From: Rhynchobatus australiae
Lineage: Eukaryota
Length of the DNA: 64,000 nt
Assembly (NCBI GenBank): GCA_034780895.1
Contig: JAUZTB010000087.1
Location: 23,733,942 to 23,797,941, forward strand
Direction: 5' to 3'
Position numbers and translations under genes: made by a program
Shown here: positions 1 through 13,047 of the stretch, piece by piece
Numbering within the stretch: the first letter of the stretch is position 1
How the letters are laid out: every line of letters starts with the position of its first letter
The notes under the pieces: model-generated
The model's input: the letters and a program-made list of their open reading frames with translations, nothing else
What the model was told of the DNA's origin: nothing
Databases searched by the model: none

Positions 1-684
1 TTTGGGAGGACAAACCAGGGTAGGAAATACACAGTGAATGGTAAGGCACTGAGGTGCGCAGTAGATCAGAGGGACCTGGGAATACAGGTCCATAGTTCCT
101 TGAAAGTTGTGTCACAGATAGATAGGGTCATAAAGAGAGCTTTTGGCTTTGGCCTTCATTAATCAGGGCATTGAGTACAGAGTTGGGATTTTATGTTATG
201 TTGAAGTTGTACAAGACATTGGTGAGGCCAAATATAGAGTATTGTGTGCAGTTCTGATCACCTACCTACAGGAAAGATATCAATAATCTTGCAAGAGTGC
301 AGAGGAATTTACAAAGACACTGCCGGGATTTGAGTTATAGAGAAAGGTTGAACAGGGTAGGACTTTATTCCATGGAGCACAGAAGAATGAGGGGAAATCT
401 TGTATGCAAAATTATGAAGGGTATAGTTGGGGAATAAAGCCTGCATGCATTCACCCTAAGGTTGGGTGAGACTAAAACTAGAGGACATAGGTTTAGGGTG
501 AAAGGTGAAATACATAAGGGGAATCTAACGGGCAACTACTTCACTCAAAGGGTGGTGCAAATGTGGAACGAGCTGCCAGCGGAGGTGGTGGATGTGGGTT
601 CAGTTGTAACGTTTAAGAGAAGTTTGGATAGGTACATGGATGGGAGGGGTTTGGAGGGATATGGTCTGGGTGCAAGTAGATGGG
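1..684 (+). mobile_element. CR1-clade LINE, 3' part of ORF2 (degenerate)
   Basis: Typical CR1 C-terminal motifs (LYKTLVRPxxEYCVQF; TRGHRFRVKG...FTQRVVxxWNELP) with stops and frameshifts; runs into an N gap. Confidence 0.9.
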
Positions 685-784
685 NNNNNNNNNNNNNNNN
701 NNNNNNNNNNNNNNNNNNNNNNNNNNNNNNNNNNNNNNNNNNNNNNNNNNNNNNNNNNNNNNNNNNNNNNNNNNNNNNNNNNNN

Positions 785-2259
785 GAAATCACAAAGGAGC
801 TCCAACAACTCCTGCCCTCTCCGCACTGCACCACAGGTTCTCTCCTATGTCAGGTGCCGAAGCAGCTCCACTCTGAACGATGGAGTCTGCCTCCACTGGG
901 AAATGATGCCCTCCCATCACTTTTGGTTCTTTTGCCAACTGCCTTCGTTCTCTGTGCCCTGGTCCTTTCGCCAGTGGGAAGAGACTCTCTCTCTTAGGCC
1001 GTCAGTACCCTTCATGGCTGTAAATCCCTCCATCAGCTCCTCTCCCACCCCACTTCGGTGCCAAGGAGAACAAGACCAGCCTCTCCACGAAAACCGTCCC
1101 TCATCCCCATATCATTTTAGTAAAGTGGTGCTGGGGGGATGCCGCGGGAGGGCCAGCGAGGAGGGAGTGCCGGGCTGCTGGAGGGTTGGTTTTTCAGATC
1201 AGATTTTAAAGCAAGGCCACTTCTCGCTTTGGTGCTGATAAAAGATGCAAGGTCACAGATGGAAGGAATTGGCGTCAGTTTAACTGCAGTGGCTGGGAAA
1301 GTTTCTCATGGCAAAATGAGAAGATCCAATGTAAACTAGTGGACACAGTTCCCAAGGGTCCCAATACAGAGAGATCTGGGGGCTAAAGAGGCTGTTGAAA
1401 GTGGAAGGGCAAATTAAGAGGGTGTCTAAGAAGATAATTTCTCCAAAACCATCACATCTTCCCCAAAGTTCAGCGCCCAGAACTTAGGTTCCTGCAGGTT
1501 CACCACTATCAGACCCACTGTCGGTCCCCAGATTGATCACGTTCTGCAGTAAAACACCTTTGACCATGGTCAGTCGGGCAGCGGGAGGCACACAATATCC
1601 TGGAGGCCCTGTGGGAGAAGGAGATGGTGGATCCTGTGGGATGGTCTCCCCAAGGATCAAGGCCATTTGGCAGAAAGCCTCGACACCAGAACTTTCTAAC
1701 TAGCACAAGACCCTGCTTGGCTGCTGGGGAGAGGGGCCACGCCCGTCAGATCCTTCGATTCCACTGCACGCTACCCTGTGATCTGGAAAGGGAGTCAGCG
1801 GTCTTTATCCAGTTTTGTCTCAACACATGACTCTGTGCTCTCCAGAGCATTCCCAGAGATACACACCGGGATAAACATCGACCACTGCTGGGAGAACATT
1901 AACCGCACTTTATTCAGCCCGAAATTGGTGGTCTGCTAATGCAGGGAGCTGGCCGTGGCTGAATGCTGCTGACTGGCATATTCCAGGCTGCAGGAGCGTG
2001 TGCTGAGGGACATATTGAAGCTTGGTGCGGCCAATGCAAAGGCTTTGTGGGATCCTGCTCCCCCTGGACACTGAGGGGCTGGGTCCAAAATAACAGCCCC
2101 TCAGACACTTCACTGATGCAATGTTTAAGGATGAAGCATTAATGGCATTGGCTTATTCTAAAGGGAATGTATTGAATTGCTTGGTATAGTGAACAAAATA
2201 TGTCTCAACTGTAATTATTGTGTATATTAATGAATAAAGTATATTTTTGAAAGGAAAAA
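785..2259 (+). mobile_element. Tx1-like (L1 clade) non-LTR retrotransposon relic, internally deleted
   Basis: 1500-2050 reads as a degenerate Tx1 ORF2 C-terminus (LEALWEKEMVDPVGW; IWQKASTPELSN; LRDILKLGAANAKALWD), ending in ATGAATAAAGTATATTTTTG plus an A-rich tail. 785-1250 only weakly resembles the endonuclease region. Confidence 0.65.
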
Positions 2260-2261
2260 CC

Positions 2262-2910
2262 ACGTGTCCAAGTGGCGTCACAGGTAGATAGGGTCGTAAA
2301 GAGAGCTTTTGGCACTTTGGCCCTTCATAGATCAGGGCACTGAGTACAGTTGGGATGTTGCTTTGAAGTTGTGTTGGTGAGGCCGAATTTGGAGTACTGT
2401 GTGCAGTTCTGGTCACCTACCTACAGGAAAGATACCAATAAGCTTGAAAGAGTGCAGAGAAAATTTACACGGTTGTTGCTGGGAATTGAGGACCTGAGTT
2501 AGAGGGAAAGGTTGAAAGATAGGACTATATTCTCTGGAGCACAGGGGAACGAGGGGAGATCTCATAGAGGTATACAAAATTATTAGGGGTATACAAAGAG
2601 TGAATCATACAGGCTTTCCCACCTTAGGTGAAACTAGAACTAGAGGACACAGGTTTAGGGTGAAAGGTGAAATATTTAAGGGGAATCTGAGGGGAAACTT
2701 CTTCACTCAGAGGGTGGTGTGAGTGTGGATCAAGCTGGCAGCAGAAGTGGTAGATGTGGGTTCAATTATAGCATTTAAGAGAAGTTTAGATAGGTACATG
2801 GATGGGAGGGATTTTGGAGGGATTTGGTCCAGGTAGATGGCACTAGGCAGATCAGGTTAGCTTGGACTAGATAGGCTGAAGGGCCTGTTTCTGTGCTATA
2901 GTACTATATC
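2262..2910 (+). mobile_element. CR1-clade LINE, 5'-truncated 3' end
   Basis: Same family as 1-684 and colinear with it; ends in the GGCTGAAGGGCCTGTTTCTGTGCTATAG 3' tail. Confidence 0.9.
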
Positions 2911-2959
2911 TTGCATCTCTGTGTCAGAGAAACTAAGGCTATAGGTAACCATGATCCAA

Positions 2960-3620
2960 GTCCCTCAACCTATAACATTCAAATTCAATCTAGCTCTCAA
3001 AGATCCAACAAGCTCAGATTCCTTTGAATAAATCTTTACCCTTTTTTTCAACTGCTTGATTTGCATTCCACAGTGGGCCATCATCTTTGTTTTCCACCAA
3101 CGATTCCACCTACCTCAATTCTCGAAGGAAATAGACTCTGTCCTTTGTTGGCTCCATGGGAACAGAAAACTTTAACTAAAGTTACATAAACTAAACTAAC
3201 AAATTTTTGGAATCTCTTCAAATCCTTATTTTCTTCCAACCCTCCAAACTACATTTTTCCCACATGAGGAAACTACTTTTTCCTGAATCAGGATATTCTG
3301 CAATCCCATCAGACTGCTGATACATTCAGAATATGAAAGATGTTTTTTCCCCCCCACACACACAGTAAACAAATTATCCTTTGCACTTTACCATCAATGA
3401 AACCCCTTTTAACAATACAATGTTATTAATTAACAAAGCATGGTGTAATAATGCTACTTGTACATGGTTATAAACACCATCAAAGAAATCATAATATGCA
3501 ATAGTACTGGTCCACCTCCGATGGAGAATATAGTCAATCTCTTGTCCATTGCTCAGTCAGAGATCGTGAAGTAGGTCTCAACAGCTCCTTTCCTATCCCC
3601 CTCTTCAATCATGTTACCTT
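2960..3620 (-). mobile_element. Possible old L1 ORF2 (endonuclease-proximal) relic
   Basis: Minus-strand remnants EIDYIL (cf. RIDY) and LWNANQAV..GK (cf. LWEAxKAVxRGK); purine-rich minus strand; highly degraded. Confidence 0.35.
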
Positions 3621-3959
3621 TCTTTTAGTGCCATCCCCATTCCTCATCACTTCCATATTTCCTCTCCTATTTTTTTGCTCCATGATATATTCTCTGCTTT
3701 CCCTTGTTCTCTAACTGTGCACATCTCTCTTCCTTCTCCTTTCATCATCTCAGTCCTACCTGCTTGGCCCAAGATGAAGGTCTCTTCAATCTCCATCATT
3801 TCCTACCTCACTCACCTACATATACCATCTTGTCTTTCTTTACAAGAGTCTATTCCAACACATATTGTTTGGAAAGGAAAGAATTGCCTTTTCTCTGAAA
3901 TGTGTTCCCAGTCCCNNNNNNNNNNCCCTGGCATTGCATGCCATTTAGTAGTGGGAGAG

Positions 3960-4500
3960 GCCGCTGGAAAAATACCATTAACACTATTTCTAAGATTCAC
4001 CGGAAGGATAAGCAAACCTCTCCCAGGCTAAAGTCCCCAGTACTGAGGCTCTGGGTACACTCAGCTGGCCATGTCGAGCCGACCACCTGGTTCTCATGAC
4101 TGACATCAAACTCCCAAAACAAACACACTGCTACACGCTTTGAAATGATAGGAGATTGCCAGGTGGATAGAGGAAAAGATTCAATGATGTGTTCAAAGTT
4201 TATTTGATGAAATGCAACATCCCCACTGGCTCCTGGGAATCTCTGGTCCATGACCACTCAAATTGAAGAAAGAGCATTTAGGTTGGTATCGAGAGCCTTG
4301 AGGCCACACATCTAAAGCATGTAAGTGGCGGAACGAGCAGAGCACCTCACAAACTGTTCATTTGCCTGCCTTGTCAGCCCCTAAAATGGAAGAGGCTGCA
4401 GCTCTCACATTGACCTCATTCGTTACCTCAGAACCCACAAAACTAGAGTAGATGCAAGACGTCATTGATCCCTAGGGACCGCCTATGAAAATGATAGAAG
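3960..4500 (+). mobile_element. RTE-clade LINE 3' fragment
   Basis: Degenerate AGHV...KLPKQ...PGG*RKRFNDVFKVYLMKCNIPTGSWESLVHDHS, characteristic of the RTE RT C-terminus. Confidence 0.8.
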
Positions 4501-4740
4501 TGGCTGTACAGTACACTTTGCTTCTGGAACAGAATAAGCAGCCACATCTACACTGACTGAGGATGAATTTCAAGTCAATGGAACTAAATTTCAGAAGAAG
4601 ATTAGAGTTTATAACTGCTACAATACAGCATAAGAGTAGGCATTTGGCAAGATTTTTCCTTATTGTTAAAAGTATTGTGAGAAACTAAGTAGATTTCAAA
4701 ATTAACTGATGCTTTAATTTAAATGAAGTAATATGAAATA

Positions 4741-5480
4741 GGGTGGCACAACGGGTGGAGCTATTACCTCACATGCTAGAGACCTGACCTTCTGTGCCGT
4801 CTGGGTGAAGTTTCCATGTTCTCCCTGTGATCAGACTGGTTTCCTCCAGGTGCTCTGGTTTCCCCCCACATCCCAAAGATGTGTGGTAGAATCTGGGCGG
4901 AGTTGATGAGAATTGAAAATAGGATTAGTACAAGATCAATGTAATAGAGCTACAGAGTCATACAGCACAAAAACAGACCCATCACATCTATGCCGACCTT
5001 TTTGCCCATCTACACTAATCCCACTTGCCCGCACCAGAACCCAATCCTTCTAATGCCTTGTCTATNNNNNNNNNNNNNNNNNNNNNNNNNNNNNNNNNNN
5101 NNNNNNNNNNNNNNNNNNNNNNNNNNNNNNNNNNNNNNNNNNNNNNNNNNNNNNNNNNNNNNNNNNNNNNNNNNNNNNNNNNNNNNNNNNNNNNNNNNNN
5201 NNNNNNNNNNNNNNNNNNNNNNNNNNNNNNNNNNNNNNNNNNNNNNNNNNNNNNNNNNNNNNNNNNNNNNNNNNNNNNNNNNNNNNNNNNNNNNNNNNNN
5301 NNNNNNNNNNNNNNNNNNNNNNNNNNNNNNNNNNNNNNNNNNNNNNTTACATACTTCTATAAAGTCACCCATCAGCCTCCTTCACTTCAGGGCAAACAGG
5401 TCCTGAAGCAAAAGAGTGTAAATGGGTGGTTGATGGTTGGCACAGCATTGATGGGCCGAAGGGCTTGTTTCCATGTTGCA
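4741..5480 (+). mobile_element. V-SINE (HE1-type) with CR1-derived tail, interrupted by a minus-strand CR1 insertion (~4945-5403)
   Basis: tRNA-like head GGGTGGCACA; V-domain GTTCTCCCTGTG...GGTTTCCTCCAGGTGCTCTGGTTTCC...CCAAAGATGTG. The tail resumes at ~5416 and ends GGGCCGAAGGGCTTGTTTCCATGTTG. Confidence 0.75.
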
Positions 5481-7130
5481 CCTCACAGTTTGTTTTGGAG
5501 GTCAAAAGGAAACGAGCCTCCAGGACCACTGAGAAAATCTCAGCAACTATCATCCTAGACTCCCCTCTTCACCTCCCCACTTGTTAGACCTGCAAAACCC
5601 CTGCCCCACCTCTTATCTTCGAGCTGTTGATGGTTTTCTGGGCCATATTTTAACCAGTGAGCCACGAGTTAGTTGCTTCTTTGTAAATGGTGTAAATAAA
5701 ATGAAAAACAGAAGTTAAATTAATGCCAGCCCCATTTACCTAAAATCCATTTTCAATTAAAGTCAGTCTCAGATTTTATTTTCCTGTTGAAACTGAAGTA
5801 ATTATATGATTCTGAAATATGTAAACATTTACTTTGATGCTAAGATATACAGATGCTGGGGAGAAAAAAGGCAGAGGAAAATATTTTCAATGAGTATTTT
5901 GACCAATTTAAATAACAGAACAATAGAATCTAATTATGAAATAACAACACTGTGAATAACTATGACAGCACCTCTTGTGGGTATAGCAATAGCNNNNNNN
6001 NNNNNNNNNNNNNNNNNNNNNNNNNNNNNNNNNNNNNNNNNNNNNNNNNNNNNNNNNNNNNNNNNNNNNNNNNNNNNNNNNNNNNNNNNNNNNGTGGGTA
6101 TAGCAATAGCTAAAATGATTTTAATGAGGTCACAAGACATGTAATTAACTATTATTCCATTTTTTTTTGCAATTACTTATTAATTGTACACAACTGAAAC
6201 TATTTTACAGATATGCATTCGTGCAAGTTGTTCCATTACCCAGGTTTTTTCAACATATACAGTACTCCTATCAAGTTTGACTTCACCTGGAGTATGATTT
6301 AATAAAGCCAGTCCTTACAAGTATTCACATTATTGGAAGAATTAAAAATATATATATTCATCAAGGTAGAACAATGATGTAATTTAGTTAATGCTTACAG
6401 ACCTTTCACTGTTCAGTATGGCAGTGTTTGTAACATTAATTATCTACAAATTAAAGAGGGCTGCTCAGAAACAAAATGAATTTTGAAACAAGTTTATACA
6501 GTCCATATAGGCTTCCTCCCATCTTCCTGAGTGTTACTCCAAAAGAACAATTTCAATTGCCTTAACAAAAAGTGACACCACCAGCTTTCTAATTGATAAC
6601 ATTTGTGCAAATCCAGAGCTAATCCCTACTGATTCTGAAAGGCTGGCACTAAACTCTATGCGTTAAACATATGTGGCTCCATCACCAGAGAAGTGTTCAG
6701 CAAACCCATCTACACATGCTATGTAAATACCTGACTGAACTGGACAAGAAAGCCAGAATGCCAATTTCACAAGTAAGTTAAAGGAGGAAGAGGAAATATT
6801 TGCTGACACATCTATAAAATAAATAATGGACAGAGATCAATAATCATGTGAAATTAAAAATACCCCCAGGTAAACTGGCAACAATAGATACCAAAAGGCT
6901 TGAAGGAAATAGCAGTTTTACAATATACATATGACTCCTTTTTCAATCACCCTGTAAGAGTCCCACAAGAGGGGAAAAAGCACAGCTGAAAATCATAATG
7001 AGAAATGAGCCAAAATAGATATTGGGAGAGNNNNNNNNNNNNNNNNNNNNNNNNNNNNNNNNNNNNNNNNNNNNNNNNNNNNNNNNNNNNNNNNNNNNNN
7101 NNNNNNNNNNNNNNNNNNNNNNNNNNNNNN

Positions 7131-8030
7131 AAGGAAGGGAATCTTGACAATAGGGATCACAGCATGCTAGGATTTAAATTAAACACTGAACAAGACCAAA
7201 ACAAAATAACATATTTTTATTTTGTTTTTTCCAAAAAGCTGATTTTATGGGGATGAGAACAGAACCAGATCAAGCCAAAAGAAAAAAAACAGCAAATGAT
7301 GAATTGCAACAACTGTGGGAATAATTTAAAACAGTAATCAATAGAGTTCACAAGGAAGATACCACACTAAAATCTACATACAGACCAGTAATTACATACA
7401 ATGGATTAATAAAGAATAAGGGCAAAAGTGAAACTAAAGAAATATACTAAGTACACAGCAACAATGATGAGAAAGATAAAATGAATACAAGGGATTTACA
7501 GAGCAACTCAATAAAAAAACTCAGAAAGCAAGGAGTAAATAAGAAAAGTAATAATCAAGCAATATTAAAAAGATATGATATTCTACAGATATATAGATGG
7601 CAAAGATAAAAATCAGAGCAATGTAAAATCTCTAAGGGATATGCATGATAATCTTACAGGTGGTAATTGTGAAGGCAGAAATATTAAATAATTGGTTCGT
7701 CTCATTATTTACTAGAGACACTAACATGGCAGGAATGATGTTAGAAGAGTTCATTTTTAAATACGAAACAAATTCAAGACAGGAAGTTAGGGAAGAAATA
7801 ATAGTGGCATTGTAAAACATACATGCTTCAAATAACTTAGTTAGTAAAGTTAGCCCAAAGACTTGTAGGAATAAAATAAGTCTAGGGAATTGTATACTAA
7901 TTAGGTTAGTTTGGATGAAAAGGGCGGATAAAGGAACCCTTATTCATAGATGTCATGGAAAAATATCTAGAAACTGAAGATGTAATGAGCAATATGACAT
8001 GCCAAATAGTCACGGTGTTAAGTCAAGCAC
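7131..8030 (+). mobile_element. Old CR1 ORF2 fragment
   Basis: GNLDNRDHSMLGF (cf. SDHN), WINKE and AEILNxxFVSLFT remnants; A-rich sense strand. Confidence 0.6.
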
Positions 8031-8089
8031 CACAGCAGAAGGTCAGATGCACTAGCACGTGACTTCCTACTTGTCCTCACATAGAGTAA

Positions 8090-9200
8090 CTACATAATAA
8101 TTAAGAGCAGGAGTAAACCATTTGACTCTTCAAGCCTGCTCTACCATTATTCAAGACCATTTTGCCTCAATGCCGTTTATCTACACTATCACCACTATCT
8201 CAGTTGAATGAACTGGAATAACTGAGTCTCCAAAGATTCACCATCATCTGAGTGAAGCTATGTCTCCTCATCTCATTCTTAAATGGCCTACTGCTTATTC
8301 TGAGACTTTGAACCTGGTTTTAGATTCATCAGCCAGGGTAAACATCCTCCCTGCATTCACTCAATTGAACCCTGTAAGAACTCTGCAGGTCACCTCAAAT
8401 TCTTCTAAATTCAGTTGAATGCAGGCATCGTCTATTCAGTTTGTCACATGGCAAACCCACCATCCCAGGAACCAGTCTTAGTTACAGACCTTCTGTATCA
8501 TTTTTATAGGTCAGAAGAACAAATCTTGTGAGTGCAAATCATCAATGTAACCAGTGGAAAAAATATTTTTTGCAATACTAAGATCCATTGAACACTACTA
8601 TTTGTCTTTACTCGAGGAAGTAATTTTTCACTTAAAGTACTTTGTACTTAAATCTTCTCACAATAAAAGCCAACATACTATTTGTCCTCTTAAATGCTTG
8701 CTACATCTGCATATTAGCTCTCAGTGACTGGTGTAACCATGTCTCTTAGAGCTTCAGCATTTCTCAGTCTGTCACCTGTTAAAAAATAGTCTACTTTTCT
8801 GTTTAGTTCTTCTAGATTATCTCATATTTTCCCATATTAGATTCCAACTGTCATGTTCTCACCCTTTTTCTTAATTTGGTTATCCCCTCTAAAGCCTGTT
8901 TTACATTGTCCTCATTTCTCACATCTCTACCTAATTTTCTATCAGTAGCAAACTTAGTCTCCTCCACCAAATCAGTGTTATAGATTGTGAGTAGCTGGGA
9001 TCCAAGCTCTGATCCCTATGGTACCTGATTCTTAATCAATGCCAATACATTAACCACAACTCCACCTTGGTGCTTTGACCTTGTTGACCAATCTCTGTGT
9101 GTGATACCAGATCCACTGGTCTCTATTCTACTAGACACATCCTCAAAAACCCTGATCTTAGACTTCCATGCATGAGTGGCTCTCTAGTGACCTGCCAGCT
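8090..9200 (-). mobile_element. CR1 LINE fragment
   Basis: Reverse CR1 3' tail (AGCAGGAGTAAACCATTTGACTCTTCAAGCCTGCTCTACCATT) followed by reverse RT-region sequence. Confidence 0.75.
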
Positions 9201-10460
9201 AAAGATAATTCAACCCAATATAACAGTTAGCATAGATTTCAAAATGGAGAGTCAGGCTTTGTGAACCTTACTGAATTCTTTGAAGTGACAGAAAGTGTAG
9301 GCAAAGTTAATGCAAGGAATGTAATAGACTTTAGATTTTTAAAGGTATCCCATGGTGGACTTGTAACAAAGTTGAAGTCAAAGGATAAGCAGCAGAAATT
9401 ATAGCAACTCAGCTAAAACACTGAGATCTATTGAACACTACTTCTTGTCTTTACTCGAGTAAGTACTTTTTCACAACCACTCTTTATTATAAAGAGAAAT
9501 AAACAGTGGTTGTGAAAAAGTACTTACTCGAGTAAAGACAAGAAGTAGTGTTCAATAGATCTCAGTGTTGCAAACAATATTTTTTCACTGATTACATTGA
9601 TGATTTGCACTCAGATATTAGTAGTATAATTTAAAATTTTGTAGACTATAATTATGACAGAACAGGTTGCAGCAAAACACAGGAAGACATTACTGAATAT
9701 GCAGAATGTAGTGCAATTGTCAAATGAACTTCCATCTGATGAATATCAGCTGGTGTATTTTGATTGGAGGAACAAGGAAGCCAAACACTTGAAAAATAAA
9801 TAACATAGAGAAGCAGAGAAATCCCAGAAAGCTGTGATCCAGTTGCATAAAAAAAATCTAAAAGAAATGGATTTAAAAATAGAAAAGTTAAGTTAAACTA
9901 GTATGGAACTTTATTTGGGCCATATGTATATTGGAGTATTGTGAACAGTTCTTGTCATCATATTACAAACTAGAGGCATTGTTTAGAAGTACAGATCAAG
10001 CTACAGAAAAGACTTACTGGATGATACCAGAAATCAGAGGTTCTATCAATCAGAAAATTCTGAACATGCTTTCCGTACTCAAATCTTTAGTTTTTGAGAA
10101 AAATTAGTGATCCCAAAGCTGACTTTGTGGGACCTCCAAAATATCCCTCTAGTCTGAGAGACAATACTAGAGGGCATGGCTTTAAAATAATGGGTGGGAA
10201 GTTCAAGTGAGATATCAGAGGGAGTTTTTTTTACCCAGGGAGTGGTTGGGGCATGAAATGTGCTGCATGGGGCAGTGGTGGAGGCAGATACATTGGTCAA
10301 ATTCAAGAGGTTGCTAGATAAGCATATGGTGAAATTTAAAATAGAGGGATATGTGGGAGGAAGGGGTTAGATAGTCTTAGGCGAAGGTTAAAGGTCGGCA
10401 CAACATTGTGGGCTGAAGGGTCTGTATTGTGCTGTATTGTTCTATGTAATCTATGTAACT
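9200..10460 (+). mobile_element. Old CR1 RT fragment followed by a younger CR1 3' end (~10165-10460)
   Basis: Remnants of NLTEFFE, LDFLKVSH and the QGSVL/IYIDDL region; then TRGHGFK...FFTQGVVGA and tail GGGCTGAAGGGTCTGTATTGTGCTGTA. Confidence 0.7.
9417..9569. repeat. Perfect 65-bp inverted repeat with 23-bp spacer
   Basis: 9417-9481 is the exact reverse complement of 9505-9569, checked base by base. Confidence 0.95.
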
Positions 10461-10611
10461 GTCACCATTTGAAAATGCAGCAAACACTGCAGAGAATAGT
10501 AATCCAGGAGCAGTTCTGATTAAAGATCATCAATTAGAAATATTAACTCTCTTTCTCGCTCTACAGATGCTATCTGGCCTGTTGTGTACTTCCAGGGTTC
10601 TTTGTTTTCAG

Positions 10612-12020
10612 ACTTGGATAGAATAGTAACAGACTTTAAGATAATTGAGACAGACTGATGAAATGGCCAAACAGATGGCAGTTGAATTTTAATGCAGTGA
10701 CATGTGAAGTGATTCATTTTGATAGTGAGAATGAAGAAAGGGTATATAAGGTACAATTTTAAAGGGATGCAGGTACATTGAGAGCTGGTGTGGGAAAGTG
10801 GGACACAGTGTGCATAAGTCTATACAAGTCAATGAATGTGGCAGAAGCCTATTGAAAGGGCTTTTATAAATAACTGCCATGGATTATGGGGGATTACAGA
10901 GGATATACAGTACAGAAGCAGGCTTTTTGGCCAAATTAGTCCATGCGGACATTTATGCTCCAACTGAGTCTTCTCTTGGCCTTCTTCATCTTTCAGTGTA
11001 ACCCATTATTCTCTTCACCTTCATATGCTTGTCCAGCTTCCCCTTAAATGGATCCACCACTCCCTGTGGGAGCATGTTCCACGTTCTTCCATTCTTTGGT
11101 CCAAGGGTTTTCTTCTGATTTCCCCATTGCACCTGTGGTTGACTACTTATATTGAAGTCCTCTAACTATGCTCATCCTCACAAGTGGAAACATTCTCTCC
11201 ATATCCACAATTTTAAATACCTCTTAGGTTACTCCACACCCTTCATTCCTCAAGAGAAAGCAGGCACATCCTGTTCATCTTTTCTTGATGTAAATGCCCT
11301 GGAACTCTGAAATCATCCTTGTAAATCTTCTTGGCACTTTCTACAGTGCCTCTGTGTCCTTTTAAAAATATAGCAACCAGCCCAGTATGTACTGTATGTA
11401 CTAAGCTCAGTCCAGTCAAGGTGTGAAACAAGTTTAATGTAACTTCCTTACTTTTAACCCTCTCCCTCTAGAAATAATCACTAACATCTGGTTTGCATTT
11501 TTTCTGGTCATGCCTCTCCACTGCTCCACCCCAGCATCCCCACCAATCCCACAGCCACAATTTTGTTCATTGCAAATTTAGAAATTATGTTTTCTTTCCA
11601 AAATCTAACTCATTAATTTATTATCAATAAAAGGAAGTTATGCTAATAAAACTCTCTGGTTAGGCCCTGGTTGGAGTATCCTATTCTTTAGGATAGACAT
11701 CAAGGCCATAGAGAGAGTGTTAAAGACATTTGCTAGAATGATATCTGGGAGTTTAGTAATGTGGAGAGATAAGAGAAACAGGACTTGTTCTCCATAAAGC
11801 AGAGAAAGTTAATGGATAATGTGTTAGAGGTGTTTAAAATCCAAAAGACTTCCGACAGAGTTAAGATAGTGACTGAAGTATCAACATACAGAGGAAGAGT
11901 ATTTAATGTAATTAGCAATAGAATTGAATACAAGATAACAAGTGAGTTGTTATGATCCAAAAGGTAATGGATTCCAGTGAGTGGAATCATTTCAATGTAG
12001 AGAAACTGTTTCAAGGGACA
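10612..12020. mobile_element. Nested degenerate CR1 fragments (+ 10612-10880, - 10895-11500, + 11630-12020)
   Basis: LMKWPNRWQLNFNAVTCEVIHF RT motif on the plus strand, an inserted reverse CR1 3' end, then resumption of plus-strand CR1. Confidence 0.6.
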
Positions 12021-13047
12021 CATTAATATTCAGTAATTTAAGTATTGGATAATTTACATTATTTTAAATTAATTGACCAATATTTGAATNNNNNNNNNNN
12101 NNNNNNNNNNNNNTAAATTTTAAGAATTTTATATTTTTACTTGTTTCATTGTTTTATTAATAGTTTGTGAATGTTTCTGAAAGTCGTGGACATTCAAATT
12201 TTTCAGCTGGCTAAATATGGTGGTGTGAGTTAGCTAGCTGTCAAGGTTTCCATTCAACTGTTTTGTATACAAGGCTTGTTCTGGCCCAGGCTTGTGATGT
12301 CATCGTGTTATTCAAGACTCTGCAATTTAGGCTTGGGAACACTCTGGGCAACCATCTGACAGCAAAGGATCTGAAAAAGACCAAGTTTGTTCTTACCACA
12401 CATGTCAATGGCTTGTGCAGGCAACTCGCTGCTGGTAGCAGACTCTGTGTCACTGAAACTGAAAGATAGAGGCTGCAAGTTTTCATAACTTGAGAAGTTA
12501 AATTGAACAATGCTACAAGTCCAGTTTAAGAGCAATTATACCATATCTATTGATCGAATGCAAGCCACACACAAAATATCATACTGCTTGCTGCATATCC
12601 AGAATTTCCAGCCACTGGTGAGCCACTCACTCTCATCATCGACTTACACAAAAAGGTACAGACTTGCAGAGCAGATGATACACACTGTGACTGCAGTGAT
12701 GGAAGGAGTGAATATTTAGGATGGTGGAAAGGGTGCCAATCAAGTGGGCTGCTGTGATGTTTATAATTACCTTTATTATTCCATTGTNNNNNNNNNNNNN
12801 NNNNNNNNNNNNNNNNNNNNNNNNNNNNNNNNNNNNNNNNNNNAATTGAGAGGGTAGTTAAGTGAATGAGTCAAGGGATACATCTAGGCCACGCTTGGGA
12901 AGGATTTTCTTCCTTTAAGAGCCAGATGAATTTTAATGAGAACTTGATAGTTCCATGGTCAACAATGCTGGTACTAGCATTTTATTCTAGATTTACTTAA
13001 TAAGTTATTTTAATTCTCCAGCTGCCATGTTGGAATTCAAACTCATA

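Noticed and set aside
5977-6110. Direct repeats flanking 100-N gaps (also 16512/16639, 26872/26981, 32437/32594)
   Set aside because: Identical sequence on both sides of fixed-size gaps indicates overlapping contig ends or collapsed short repeats. They cannot be called TSDs or CRISPR-like repeats.
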